Source: an uncultured Vicinamibacteraceae bacterium (lineage in GTDB: Bacteria; Acidobacteriota; Vicinamibacteria; Vicinamibacterales; UBA8438). From it: 64,000 nucleotides of DNA. This document shows positions 1 to 9,573 of this stretch, one piece after another (the stretch's first letter is position 1; the number at the start of each line of letters is the position of its first letter). The DNA lies in NCBI GenBank assembly GCA_964624855.1, contig CAZUZW010000009.1, positions 2,921 through 66,920 of the forward strand. Reading direction: 5' to 3'. The notes under the pieces were generated by a model. The model saw only the letters and a program-made list of their open reading frames with translations. It was not told where the DNA came from and searched no databases. Made by a program: the position numbers and the translations under genes.

Positions 1-467
1 TCCTGTCTGAAATTCATGTCCAGAAGGACCAGTACCTTGGTAAATACCAGGCTCGGCACTACCGGACACTGAAAGGCGAGATGGTTAATGGTGAAATGAA
101 GTGGAAGGAAACCGCTATTTCGACCATGCGCATCAAGTCGTTTATCGCACGGGTCACGAACACAGGCAGTGCTCACAATATCTTCGGTGTTGTGATGCAT
201 GATGGCACACCACTAGAGTCAGTCGAAGTAAAAATTGATGACGGACCGTGGCAGCCGGCGACACTGGACCCAGCGATGATGCGTGAAAAGTATGCGTGGA
301 AATTTTTCAACTACACGTGGAACGGTGCGACACCAGGTGAGCACACGGTTACGTCTCGTGCGACAGATGCTAATGGTGTGGTCCAACCAACGGCTGAGGA
401 ACTTGAAGTTAAACACACTTTTCTTGAACAGAATAATCAACTACCGCGAACGGTCATTATTGCCTGA
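1..467 (+). CDS. C-terminal fragment of a sulfite-oxidase-family molybdoenzyme (Moco-oxidoreductase dimerisation domain); the 5' end lies outside the window
   Basis: The frame is open from nt 3 to the TGA at 465-467, with no stop upstream of the listed ATG at 81. The tail (VEVKIDDGPWQPATL...WKFFNYTWNGATPGEHTVTSRATDANGVVQP) fits the Ig-like dimerisation domain pattern of sulfite oxidase-type enzymes. Confidence 0.6.
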   Translation, partial: LSEIHVQKDQYLGKYQARHYRTLKGEMVNGEMKWKETAISTMRIKSFIARVTNTGSAHNIFGVVMHDGTPLESVEVKIDDGPWQPATLDPAMMREKYAWKFFNYTWNGATPGEHTVTSRATDANGVVQPTAEELEVKHTFLEQNNQLPRTVIIA

Positions 468-594
468 CGTCTGCGCGGTGTGTTGTGGTTCGCTTTAGAA
501 GCACTCAAGATCTTGAAAGCCACTGTCCCGGCCTTAATCTGTCGGGATAGTGGCACCTTTCTCTCGCCTGAATATGTTTGGAGACTACATAAAG

Positions 595-2526
595 ATGAGA
601 GTTTTTCCAGTTGTATGCTGGGCAATGGTATGGGTGTGGCTACTGCCGACTCACTCATGGGCGCAGGTTACCCGGGTTGATGTGGAGGTGGTGGAGTCGC
701 CTGCCCTTGGTGGCGAACGATTTGGCAGTGTTGGGCAATACGAGCGACTACGAGGCATTGTCTATGCCGAGGTGGACCCGAATGATCCTCGTCATCGTGG
801 CATCGTAAACCTTGATAAAGCACCGATAAACGATCGGGGGCACGTCGAATACAGCACAACAGTTGAGATTTATCGACCGCTTGATATGAGTCGCTGGAAC
901 CATGTTGTGTATCACACGGTATCGAATCGTGGAGGGTCGGGTGCAGCAGAACCCGCACTACTCGAAATGGGACTGGCGCTTGTGAGAGTTGGTTGGCAAG
1001 GGGACCTTTCGCCAACTGAGACGAATATTGTGCCGTTCCTACCTATTGCTACGAACAATGATGGATCGCCCATCGTCGGACCGGCACTTGAAGAGTTTAT
1101 TTTCAATGATGCCAAAACTGTATCGACGGGCTCTCTTTCATATCCTGCGGCCACACTCGATCCCGGCGAGGCGAAATTAACGGTCAGACGAAATCAGTCA
1201 TCGCCACGGTTGACACCGGATGGGCTCAGTTGGAAGTTCGCTGACGCCGAACAAATTCAGATCACACGACCAGACGGCTTTGATGGTGGGGCTATCTATG
1301 AGTTTATCTATGAGGCGCGGGATCCGATTGTCATGGGGCTTGGGTTCGTGGCGATGCGAGACGTTATTTCGTTCCTCCGCTATGAGGAACGTGATGATGT
1401 CGGGCATGAAAACCCTCTTGCCTTTGAGGGGTTGCCGACTGCAGCGTTGTCCCTTGGCATTTCACAGAGCGGACGGGTATTAAGGGACTTTCTGTACCAA
1501 GGTTTTAATGAAGATGTGTCGGGCCGGATCGTTTTTGATGGCATCCATCCAAATATTGCTGGGTCACGAAAGACTTTTACCAATTATCAGTTTTCGCAAC
1601 CTGGTCGATGGCAGAAGCAACACGAAGACCATGTTTTCCCGGGTGACCAGTTTCCCTTTACATACACGACGCTGACGGATTCAATTACTGGTCGAACGGA
1701 CGGGTTGCTTGAGCGATGTGTCTCGTCAAATACGTGTCCGAAGATCATTCATAGTGACGGTGAAGCCGAGCTCTGGCAGGCGCGGTCGTCATTGATAGTG
1801 ACGGATTCTATGGGTGGTCACATCGAATTGCCAGACAACGTTCGTGTCTACCTGATAGCGGGAACTCAACACGGCGGTGGTCGCGGCGTTCACGAGGCGA
1901 TACCCAACCGAGGAATTTGCCAGAACCTGAATAATCCCATGGCGTTGGCAGAGATTCGGCTGGCACTTTCGCTGGCGTTACACGAATGGGTGGTCGACGG
2001 CGTGGAACCTCCGGCAAGCCGCTTTCCAACGGTAAAGAATAGGGGATTGGTGTCTGCCGCGAAGTTGGGCTTTCCTGAGATTCCCAATGTTGAATATTCG
2101 GCAAGCTATAACCCTCTTCATGTCCATGAACACACGGTCTTGCCTCCAAAGGATGGCAAGGCGTATACGGTGTTGGTAGGCAGGGTGAATACTGATGGAA
2201 ATATGGTGGATGGCATACGCCATCCGAATTTATCAGCAGCGATTGGTACCTATACCGGTTGGAACCTAAGACGGGAAGGTTTCGGCGAAGGCGGACAGTG
2301 CGGCGGGACCGGTTCGTTTATTCCTTTTGCCAGTAATCAAACTGAGCGAGAGATGTTCGGCGATTCACGATTATCACTGACTGAACGGTATCCTACTCAT
2401 TCCGAATATGTGCAGGCGGTCAGCACCGCGGCTGATCGCTTGGCAAACCAACGACTGCTTCTTCCACGCGACAAGCAAAGAATCGTTGAGTTGGCTCGCA
2501 GCAGTGCAGTTGGGACCGTGAAGTGA
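595..2526 (+). CDS. Secreted alpha/beta-hydrolase-domain protein (large uncharacterised esterase-like family)
   Basis: The long ORF is 550-2526. The internal ATG at 595 gives a signal peptide (MRVFPVVCWAMVWVWLLPTHSWAQ). The block GISQSGRVLRDFLYQGFNEDVSGRIVFDGIHPNIAG is typical of the alpha/beta hydrolase domain-containing family as I remember it. Substrate unknown. Confidence 0.5.
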   Translation: MRVFPVVCWAMVWVWLLPTHSWAQVTRVDVEVVESPALGGERFGSVGQYERLRGIVYAEVDPNDPRHRGIVNLDKAPINDRGHVEYSTTVEIYRPLDMSRWNHVVYHTVSNRGGSGAAEPALLEMGLALVRVGWQGDLSPTETNIVPFLPIATNNDGSPIVGPALEEFIFNDAKTVSTGSLSYPAATLDPGEAKLTVRRNQSSPRLTPDGLSWKFADAEQIQITRPDGFDGGAIYEFIYEARDPIVMGLGFVAMRDVISFLRYEERDDVGHENPLAFEGLPTAALSLGISQSGRVLRDFLYQGFNEDVSGRIVFDGIHPNIAGSRKTFTNYQFSQPGRWQKQHEDHVFPGDQFPFTYTTLTDSITGRTDGLLERCVSSNTCPKIIHSDGEAELWQARSSLIVTDSMGGHIELPDNVRVYLIAGTQHGGGRGVHEAIPNRGICQNLNNPMALAEIRLALSLALHEWVVDGVEPPASRFPTVKNRGLVSAAKLGFPEIPNVEYSASYNPLHVHEHTVLPPKDGKAYTVLVGRVNTDGNMVDGIRHPNLSAAIGTYTGWNLRREGFGEGGQCGGTGSFIPFASNQTEREMFGDSRLSLTERYPTHSEYVQAVSTAADRLANQRLLLPRDKQRIVELARSSAVGTVK

Positions 2527-2557
2527 ATGTGACGGGAAGAGTTGAACGCAGCAGCGG

Positions 2558-3574
2558 TTACTGTAGAGAAAAATAGGCGATTCGTTCCCCGCGATGAGTC
2601 CCAAGCCAGAGTTCATTTCCAATCTGAATGGCCGTCGTTGATGCTACGAATCCTTCAATAGGAGCGTGCTGAAAGACCTGTTCAAGCTCCAATGTATCAG
2701 GGTTCATCTTTACGACGTTCGATGTTTCGTTCAACGGCTCTCGCGGTGTCTGGATATTTCCTGGACCCGCTACAAAAATAACCGAACCATCGAGAGACAT
2801 CCTCAGATTGTCGGGGTTAAATCCTAATTCTATGACCTCTTTTTGAACCGGCGTCTGACCTCGTGATAGTCGTGTCAGTTTTGCTTCGCTGAAACCAGCA
2901 ATATACAGCCAGTGCCCGTCTGCTGAGACCTCAAGCCCGTTGGGTGTGGTGTCTTCACTTCCTGGCACACGCGTCCATCCCGTACGAATTTCCCATTCCC
3001 ATACGTCGCCTGTTCTTGGACTCGTTGCAACAAGGCCACCATCAGGAAGACCGACTACACCATTGAACGCTTGAGGACCAGGGGCAATGACGCATCCTAC
3101 CCAAGTCAAAGTTGGGGTTGTTGCGACCTGCACATCAAAGATCTCAATCGATTCTCGGCTACCGTGGTGCACGACGTACAAGGTATGAATATCGCCTTGC
3201 CCAGGTTTTAGATAGAGGCCATGGGCTCTGAAGTTATTCCCGTCGGCGGAAGTGAGTGGTCCGGGGCATGTCGGATACGTCTCGGAATCGAATCGCTCAT
3301 CAGTTTTTGCCGTTGGAATGAGCACTGTTGCGTTTTTGCTTTGGACGTTAACCAAGTGAATCCGCCCTCCCTCTCGATTGCCAGAAGCGATCACCCATTC
3401 TGAACCTGGAATTACAGCCAGATCTTCAGGGCTAATTAGATTGCAAATGAAATGAACAGTTCCAACGGCTTCACCACAGGGAAGGCCACTTGGTGCCACT
3501 GTTGGATTCTGTGCTGCAATTCCTAGCGGAATGAACAGTCCAAAGAACCAACCTAGATACGTTAGTGACTTCAT
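2558..3574 (-). CDS. Secreted six-bladed beta-propeller protein, SMP-30/paraoxonase-like lactonase/arylesterase family
   Basis: Signal peptide MKSLTYLGWFFGLFIPLGIAAQN. The repeated blade motifs (HTLYVVHHGSRESIEIFDV, PNGLEVSADGHWLYIAG, PDNLRMSLDGSVIFVAG) resemble PON/SMP-30 propellers. The start is taken at the second Met of the ORF. Confidence 0.5.
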   Translation of the reverse strand: MKSLTYLGWFFGLFIPLGIAAQNPTVAPSGLPCGEAVGTVHFICNLISPEDLAVIPGSEWVIASGNREGGRIHLVNVQSKNATVLIPTAKTDERFDSETYPTCPGPLTSADGNNFRAHGLYLKPGQGDIHTLYVVHHGSRESIEIFDVQVATTPTLTWVGCVIAPGPQAFNGVVGLPDGGLVATSPRTGDVWEWEIRTGWTRVPGSEDTTPNGLEVSADGHWLYIAGFSEAKLTRLSRGQTPVQKEVIELGFNPDNLRMSLDGSVIFVAGPGNIQTPREPLNETSNVVKMNPDTLELEQVFQHAPIEGFVASTTAIQIGNELWLGTHRGERIAYFSLQ

Positions 3575-3658
3575 CAAGGCACCCTCCATTATGGAAGCCG
3601 TTATGCTGTTACGTTGACGAGCTAAGTAAATCTAGCCTAGTGTGGGCGGTCCATTAGT

Positions 3659-4429
3659 TCAAGTCGCTAACGGGGGTGAGGAGAACTCTCGTAGTATCAG
3701 CCAGCGAACATCGATTGCAAATGAGTAAGTGAGTAGCAACAGTGCTCCCGCAGCCACGCCGACTGCGATGTTGGTCGGAATCACTGGTCCCAGACATACC
3801 AGCAGTGCGATGCTCTCCACCACACAAACTGTCTTGCGGCGGCGACTGGGCGGTAGTTCTGCGGCTAGCGGTGACCAGAGCCACCCCGCGAACACAAACA
3901 CATAACGAAACGCGCCGATTCCGATAACCCAAGGACCAACCTTTCCCGTCTGCCAGACCAGAATCGACAGCGCCAACATCAGGAAGGCGTCGAGTTCCAT
4001 ATCAAAACGAGCACCGAAGGTCGTGTTTGTACGGGTACGCCTGGCGACCATTCCATCAATGCCGTCGAGTATCAAGGCGATCGTCGACAGGGCGATAGTC
4101 CACCAGTAGACCTCGTTCTTAAAAGGCGAGGATTCAAAGAGCAGTGCTGATACTGCGAATATCAAGGTGCTCCGAGTAAGAGTCACCCGGTTGGCGACTC
4201 CGAATTCTCGGCCGGCTTCGCTTCCCTGAAAAACCCTTAAGACTAGTGCTGTCAACACGATGTACTGGAATCCAGCGAGAACGAGATAAGCGTTTGACAG
4301 GTCAAAGACTAAGGTCGTCGTGATAACTACAGTTATGAGAGATATTGAGCCAACTGCCAGATCCAGCGGTAATCGGTGGTCCAGCGTTGCCACCCTTCGA
4401 ATCGACTTATTGTGGCGGAGACTGGTCAT
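3659..4429 (-). CDS. CDP-alcohol phosphatidyltransferase family membrane protein
   Basis: Perfect family signature DG(x2)AR(x8)G(x3)D(x3)D in DGMVARRTRTNTTFGARFDMELD. The protein is multi-TM and hydrophobic. Confidence 0.85.
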   Translation of the reverse strand: MTSLRHNKSIRRVATLDHRLPLDLAVGSISLITVVITTTLVFDLSNAYLVLAGFQYIVLTALVLRVFQGSEAGREFGVANRVTLTRSTLIFAVSALLFESSPFKNEVYWWTIALSTIALILDGIDGMVARRTRTNTTFGARFDMELDAFLMLALSILVWQTGKVGPWVIGIGAFRYVFVFAGWLWSPLAAELPPSRRRKTVCVVESIALLVCLGPVIPTNIAVGVAAGALLLLTYSFAIDVRWLILREFSSPPLAT

Positions 4430-4463
4430 GGGTTAAGGTCCGTGTCCTAGCATCAACGACGGT

Positions 4464-5474
4464 ATGTCGAATACTACGACGAGTCGACAGTTTTGGATCC
4501 AGTCAATCGGTCACGGCGAGATTGTGCATGCCGAATTGCCGATGAGGCGAACGAATGAAGTGCTCGTACGTACACTTTACTCGGGAATCAGTCGCGGTAC
4601 TGAGTCATTAGTTTTTAGAGGTCAAGTGCCTCCATCGCAATTTCAGTCGATGCGAGCTCCATTTCAGGAAGGTGAATTTCCAGCCCCGATCAAGTATGGC
4701 TATATCAATGTTGGCGTCGTTGAAGCCGGACCAGAGTCGTTGGTTGGAGAAGTTGTGTTTTGTCTTTACCCACATCAAGACCTCTATTGTGTTCCTGAGA
4801 GTGCGGTCACTTCTGTGCCAAAGGACGTGCCAGCGGAGCGTGCGGTGCTTGCCGCCTATATGCAGACGGCCATCAACGCCGTCTGGGATGGGCACCCGTC
4901 CGTTGGTGACCAAGTTGTTGTGGTTGGAGCGGGTGCAGTTGGTCTTCTTGTCGCTTGGTTATGTCGTCAAATTCCAGGCGTAGAAGTTACGGTGGTCGAT
5001 ACCAATGATTCTCGGCAGTCTATCGCAAGAAACTTGGAGTTGCGATTTGTCACAGATTTACCGTCCGGAACACAAGCGGACGTTGTTGTTCACGCGAGTG
5101 GCCAACCTGCAGGTTTGGTGACCGCGTTGTCCGTTGCGGGTGTGGAATCAACCATTGTGGATGTAAGTTGGTATGGAGCTAACACAGTTGATCTGCCGCT
5201 TGGTGAGGCTTTTCATTCGAAGCGACTCACCATTCGGAGTAGTCAAGTGTCGCTCATTCCGCCGCTGCAGAATCCGAGATGGGATTTTGATCGAAGATCT
5301 TTACTGGCTCTCACATTGCTTCGTGATCCGGCGTTGGAGTGTTTGATTACCGGCGAGAGTCAGTTTGAAGACCTGCCTAATGTGTTAGCTGCATTAAGCA
5401 TGAGTTCATCGGACACTTTGTGCCATCGAATCACATATCCGAGCCCTTTAGGAGCTAAACCGTGTATAGCGTAA
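4464..5474 (+). CDS. Medium-chain dehydrogenase/reductase, BchC-like (zinc-type alcohol dehydrogenase fold)
   Basis: GISRGTE motif in place of the GHE/Cys zinc motif, as in BchC-like MDRs. Rossmann motif [14 protein letters not shown]. 336 aa. Confidence 0.7.
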   Translation: MSNTTTSRQFWIQSIGHGEIVHAELPMRRTNEVLVRTLYSGISRGTESLVFRGQVPPSQFQSMRAPFQEGEFPAPIKYGYINVGVVEAGPESLVGEVVFCLYPHQDLYCVPESAVTSVPKDVPAERAVLAAYMQTAINAVWDGHPSVGDQVVVVGAGAVGLLVAWLCRQIPGVEVTVVDTNDSRQSIARNLELRFVTDLPSGTQADVVVHASGQPAGLVTALSVAGVESTIVDVSWYGANTVDLPLGEAFHSKRLTIRSSQVSLIPPLQNPRWDFDRRSLLALTLLRDPALECLITGESQFEDLPNVLAALSMSSSDTLCHRITYPSPLGAKPCIA

Positions 5475-5860
5475 CCGTGCGTGACCATTTCATGATTGCC
5501 CATAGTTTTCGTGGGGATACCTTCGGCCCAGCCCAGCGACTTCATGGTGCGACGTTTGTCGTCGATGCAACATTTCGTAGACCAGAATTGGACGAGGACG
5601 GAGTTGTTGTCGACATTGGGTTGGCCACTGCTCAATTGAAGTCAGCATTGGAAGATTTGAACTATACAAATTTGGACGAAGATCCAACTTTTGCCGGCAA
5701 GAACACCACTACAGAAGTGCTGGCCCGTTTTGTTTTTGATCGACTGGCTAAGGCAGTTCGCGTTGGCGATCTTGGTGAACGCGGCCGTGGTATGACAGCG
5801 ATTTGCGTTACGTTACGAGAATCTCATCTGGCGTGGGGTAGTTACGAAGGGTCGGTGTGA
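5462..5860 (+). CDS. 6-pyruvoyl-tetrahydropterin synthase / QueD (COG0720) family protein, atypical active site
   Basis: 132 aa. Contains FMIAHSF, LHGATF (canonical LHGHxY) and the C-terminal [14 protein letters not shown] block typical of PTPS/QueD. GTG start overlaps the upstream stop by 13 nt. Confidence 0.75.
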   Translation: MYSVTVRDHFMIAHSFRGDTFGPAQRLHGATFVVDATFRRPELDEDGVVVDIGLATAQLKSALEDLNYTNLDEDPTFAGKNTTTEVLARFVFDRLAKAVRVGDLGERGRGMTAICVTLRESHLAWGSYEGSV

Positions 5861-6918
5861 AACCGAAACAACTCCATGTGGTCGTCCCTGGACCGATCAA
5901 CCAACGGACAGGTGGTTATCTATACGACTCTCGAATCGTGGATGGTCTCAGGTGCTTGGAGTGGTCTGTGGTCGTTCACGAGTTGTCTGGAATATTTCCT
6001 GGACCTGACAGAGAAGCGCGAGACAGTTTGACTCGTGTTTTGGAGAATTTGCCAGCTCACTCTTGTGTTGTGATTGACGGCTTGGCAATGGGAGGATTGC
6101 CAGAGCCGTTGCAGTTACATAGAACACGGCTTACCCTAGTCGGGTTGGTCCACCACCCGTTAGCTGACGAGACTGGACTAGACACAGCACGGCGCCTGCG
6201 ATTGGCCGAATTGGAACAGGCGGCGCTTTCGTTTTGTCGCCGTGTGGTGGTAACTAGCCCGACCACTGCCCTTCGTCTTACCGACTACGGCGTGTCATCT
6301 GAACGAGTGTCTGTTGTATGTCCAGGGACCGATCCGGCCCCGGAGGCGGTAGGGCCGGATGATACTGGGAGTCCTCAGATCCTGTGTGTAGCAACTCTTG
6401 TTCCCCGCAAGGGTCACGATGTTCTCATTCGTTCGTTATCAACCCTTCGCGAGATTTCGTGGAACTGCGTTTGTGTGGGTAGTCTGGTCCGTAACCCCGA
6501 CTATGCACAGGCCGTGCAGCAACAAACAGCCGCGGCAGGCCTTACGGACAGAATACGGTTCGTCGGGGAATCTGATTCCCGGGTGCTTGACGACTTCTAC
6601 CACTCGAGTTCGGTGTTTGTCCTTCCGTCCTACGATGAGGGTTACGGCATGGTCCTTACAGAGGCACTGGTACGCGGACTTCCGATTGTTAGCACGACGG
6701 CTGGGGCAATTCCTGAGACGGTGTCACAGGATGCAGCTATTCTGGTTCCGCCTGGTGACGACCAGTTATTAGGCGCGGCACTTTCTAGCCTTCTAACAGA
6801 TAGGGCTCATTGTCTTCGTTTAGCGAAAGCCGCGAGAAAATACGGTGCCGCTTTACCGGACTGGAGTCAGGCGGCGCGACAATTTGACGAGGTGCTCTCG
6901 GAGTTGTTTGCGACGTGA
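5857..6918 (+). CDS. GT4-family (GT-B) glycosyltransferase
   Basis: EX7E motif in [26 protein letters not shown] start/stop overlap with the upstream gene. Confidence 0.8.
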   Translation: MKPKQLHVVVPGPINQRTGGYLYDSRIVDGLRCLEWSVVVHELSGIFPGPDREARDSLTRVLENLPAHSCVVIDGLAMGGLPEPLQLHRTRLTLVGLVHHPLADETGLDTARRLRLAELEQAALSFCRRVVVTSPTTALRLTDYGVSSERVSVVCPGTDPAPEAVGPDDTGSPQILCVATLVPRKGHDVLIRSLSTLREISWNCVCVGSLVRNPDYAQAVQQQTAAAGLTDRIRFVGESDSRVLDDFYHSSSVFVLPSYDEGYGMVLTEALVRGLPIVSTTAGAIPETVSQDAAILVPPGDDQLLGAALSSLLTDRAHCLRLAKAARKYGAALPDWSQAARQFDEVLSELFAT

Positions 6919-7733
6919 CGAAAGCTAATGACTGGGAGTCGTTTGACAATGAGTGGCTGGCGCTGCGTGAACCGGTTGACCACAAAGCACGGTCGGAGAC
7001 CTTACTACCTATTATGGCAGCTGCAGCGCGGACTGGAGGTTGGTCCCGAGTCGTTGATTTGGCTAGTGGCACCGGATCGAATCTGAGATATCTTGCGCCG
7101 CACCTTCCGAAGCCAATGCGGTGGACGCTGATCGATCATGACGAGGGACTTCTTCGATGTGTGAAGAAGCCGGATCGAGTGCAGAGCGTGGCTAGTCTCT
7201 GTGGGGATATTGCCACAGATGGTATCGCGTCGGTTGCTGATGCCGATCTCGTCACTGGGGCCGCATTGCTTGATTTGGTATCGGAAACGTGGCTACGAAC
7301 CTTGGCAGAAGCATGTCGGTCTGCGGAATGTGGTGTCCTCTTTGCTCTTACGTACAACGGTTGTATTGAGTGGGACAGTTTCGATTGTGGTGACGCCATG
7401 GTTCAAGATGCAGTTAATAGGCATCAAAGTAGAGATAAAGGGCTTGGTCCAGCGTTGGGCCCCTTGGCGGGCGATGTTGCGCAGGCGTGCTTTCGTGAAA
7501 TTGGCTATCGGGTTTGGTGTCGTCCTAGTCCCTGGCAACTTGGTAATGAACACAGTGTTCTCGCGTCTTCGCTCGTAGACGGATGGGAGCAGGCGGCCAC
7601 CGAGGAACTGCCTAAACAAGAGGCAACCATTGCGGCTTGGGCCGGTCGGCGCCGGCATGATTTAACGAGGCGTGATGTGGGCCTAACGGTTGGTCACGTC
7701 GACCTGCTTGCGCTGCCGATGGACCTTATATGA
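6915..7733 (+). CDS. Class I SAM-dependent methyltransferase
   Basis: SAM motif I VVDLASGTGSNLRYL. GTGA overlap with the upstream GT gene. Confidence 0.65.
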   Translation: MTKANDWESFDNEWLALREPVDHKARSETLLPIMAAAARTGGWSRVVDLASGTGSNLRYLAPHLPKPMRWTLIDHDEGLLRCVKKPDRVQSVASLCGDIATDGIASVADADLVTGAALLDLVSETWLRTLAEACRSAECGVLFALTYNGCIEWDSFDCGDAMVQDAVNRHQSRDKGLGPALGPLAGDVAQACFREIGYRVWCRPSPWQLGNEHSVLASSLVDGWEQAATEELPKQEATIAAWAGRRRHDLTRRDVGLTVGHVDLLALPMDLI

Positions 7734-8671
7734 CCTGGCGCGTGTTGTCCGGCTTTCGTTTTTGGATAATTCGTTTGTGTGTCAGCTTCGCGGTGATGGT
7801 TGCACTAGCAGTGTGGCTAGATGTTGGGGAGGTCGCGAACCGCTTGGGGCGGATGCAGCCGGCTTGGGTGAGTGCAGCATTGCTCCTGTCTCTTGTACAA
7901 GTTTTAGTTTCGGCATGGCGATGGAGATTTACAGCGGGTTGTCTTGGGATCGACTTGCCCTTTTCTGTGGCCGTGCAGGAATACTACCTAGCCATGTTTC
8001 TCAATCAAGTAATTCCGGGAGGAGTGGTTGGAGATGTGTCACGGGCGTGGCGGCACGCCCGCTCCCAAGTCGTATTTACGGCCGCCCGTGGACCAGCGGT
8101 TCGAGCTGTGATCCTTGAACGGGCATCGGGTCAGGTGGTCATGGGCATTGTCGCAGGATTGTCGGTCTTGTTTTTACCGCTTGGAATTGGTCTGCAGTGG
8201 AAATTTGGAATCGGCGCAACTGTTATTGGCGTTATCGGTGTCGGTAGCTGGACATTGAAACGGTACGGTCAAGACGGTTCGGTGATGGGGTCCCTCATAA
8301 GAGATGCCCGAACCGCTCTGTTTACACAAAAGACTTTTCCCTTGCAGTTTGTGGTTTCTGTCGTGGTGGTGTCGACCTATGTAGTAACTTTCGTTATAGC
8401 TGCCAAAACCATTGGAATTGAAACACCCTTCTTCGTGTTGCTTCCTCTGGTGTCCCCAGTGTTGGTCACGATGGTGATTCCGGTCACTATTGCGGGTTGG
8501 GGTGTGCGCGAGGGATTTGCTGCGATATTGTGGGGGAGCGTTGGGCTAGCACCGGTCGATGGGGTGGCCATTTCGGTTGCCTATGGACTCCTTGTCTTAC
8601 TATCGACGCTGCCAGGTAGTATCGTGTTGGCAATGGGCGCAAAGACGACACACTTTCAGGCGCCTGATTAG
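7730..8671 (+). CDS. Flippase-like / lysylphosphatidylglycerol-synthase TM-region family (UPF0104) membrane protein
   Basis: Polytopic protein with LVSAWRWRF and FLNQVIPGGVVGDVSRAWR blocks characteristic of this family. ATGA overlap with the upstream gene. Confidence 0.6.
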   Translation: MTWRVLSGFRFWIIRLCVSFAVMVALAVWLDVGEVANRLGRMQPAWVSAALLLSLVQVLVSAWRWRFTAGCLGIDLPFSVAVQEYYLAMFLNQVIPGGVVGDVSRAWRHARSQVVFTAARGPAVRAVILERASGQVVMGIVAGLSVLFLPLGIGLQWKFGIGATVIGVIGVGSWTLKRYGQDGSVMGSLIRDARTALFTQKTFPLQFVVSVVVVSTYVVTFVIAAKTIGIETPFFVLLPLVSPVLVTMVIPVTIAGWGVREGFAAILWGSVGLAPVDGVAISVAYGLLVLLSTLPGSIVLAMGAKTTHFQAPD

Positions 8672-8678
8672 GCGAGCG

Positions 8679-9554
8679 TTAAGTGTTTGTCTCCGTCTTG
8701 ATCTTGCTCAGATCGAAATCGAACAAGAGATCGTTTCCGAGACGAAAAAGCTGATATTCAGGACGTAAGGCTTTTTCGAGTGAACTGATCGGGTCCAATC
8801 TGAAAGCCGCGACTCCAGAACCAATTATTAGCGGTGCAATTGTTACGTGGAGACGCTCAAGGACCTGAGCCTGAAGAAAACTGGACACTGTTACTCCGCC
8901 TCCTTCGATAAGCACGCGGTTAAGGCCTCGTCCACGTAGCGCTTCGACTACGGTGGACGGTTTAAAGTGCCCTTCTCTGTTAACAGGTAGAGTCACTACT
9001 GAGACATTACGGTTTTGCTGGTCGATCTTTGTAGGGGTAGCCTCGCGACAAACGTGTAGAGTGGGTACTTCAGCGTCCGAGAATACGTGCTTGTCTGGCG
9101 TCAGTCGACCAGTGGGGTCCAGGATAACGCGGACGGGGCTTTCTCCTGGAACCTTTCTAACTGTCAAACGGGGGTCGTCTGCGGCGACCGTTGTGGCGCC
9201 GACAACCACGGCATCAACCAAAGCACGAAGACGGTGTAAGTGAATGATATCGGCGGGTCCTGTAATAAAATGAGACTTTCCCGTTTCGGTTGCTATTCGA
9301 CCATCAAGACTCTGTCCGATCTGGGCCATGGTAAATGTAGCCTGAATTTGGAGTGGCAGATACAGGTCGAGCAAGACCTTGGCCTCGGGCGTTGGTGTTG
9401 CCGAGGTCGTCCAATGCCCGGCAGGTGTGACTTGCAACCAGACGTCTGGACTGGGATCATTGGGTAGGTGGATTCGGGGTTGACCCTCGCTTAGTCCTTG
9501 AGGTGTGGCACGGACCAAATTCCATGCGGTCTGTTCGTCTATGGGGCTAGTCAA
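8679..9554 (-). CDS. RibD C-terminal-domain reductase (dihydrofolate-reductase-like fold), no deaminase domain
   Basis: MAQIGQSLDGRIATETGKSHFITGPADIIHLHRLRALVDAVVVGATTVAADDPRLTVR and LIEGGGVTVSSFL match the RibD_C pyrimidine reductase pattern. About 70 aa of N-terminal extension with no cytidine-deaminase zinc motif. Confidence 0.75.
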   Translation of the reverse strand: MTSPIDEQTAWNLVRATPQGLSEGQPRIHLPNDPSPDVWLQVTPAGHWTTSATPTPEAKVLLDLYLPLQIQATFTMAQIGQSLDGRIATETGKSHFITGPADIIHLHRLRALVDAVVVGATTVAADDPRLTVRKVPGESPVRVILDPTGRLTPDKHVFSDAEVPTLHVCREATPTKIDQQNRNVSVVTLPVNREGHFKPSTVVEALRGRGLNRVLIEGGGVTVSSFLQAQVLERLHVTIAPLIIGSGVAAFRLDPISSLEKALRPEYQLFRLGNDLLFDFDLSKIKTETNT

Positions 9555-9573
9555 GGTAAACTCCTATTGTTGA

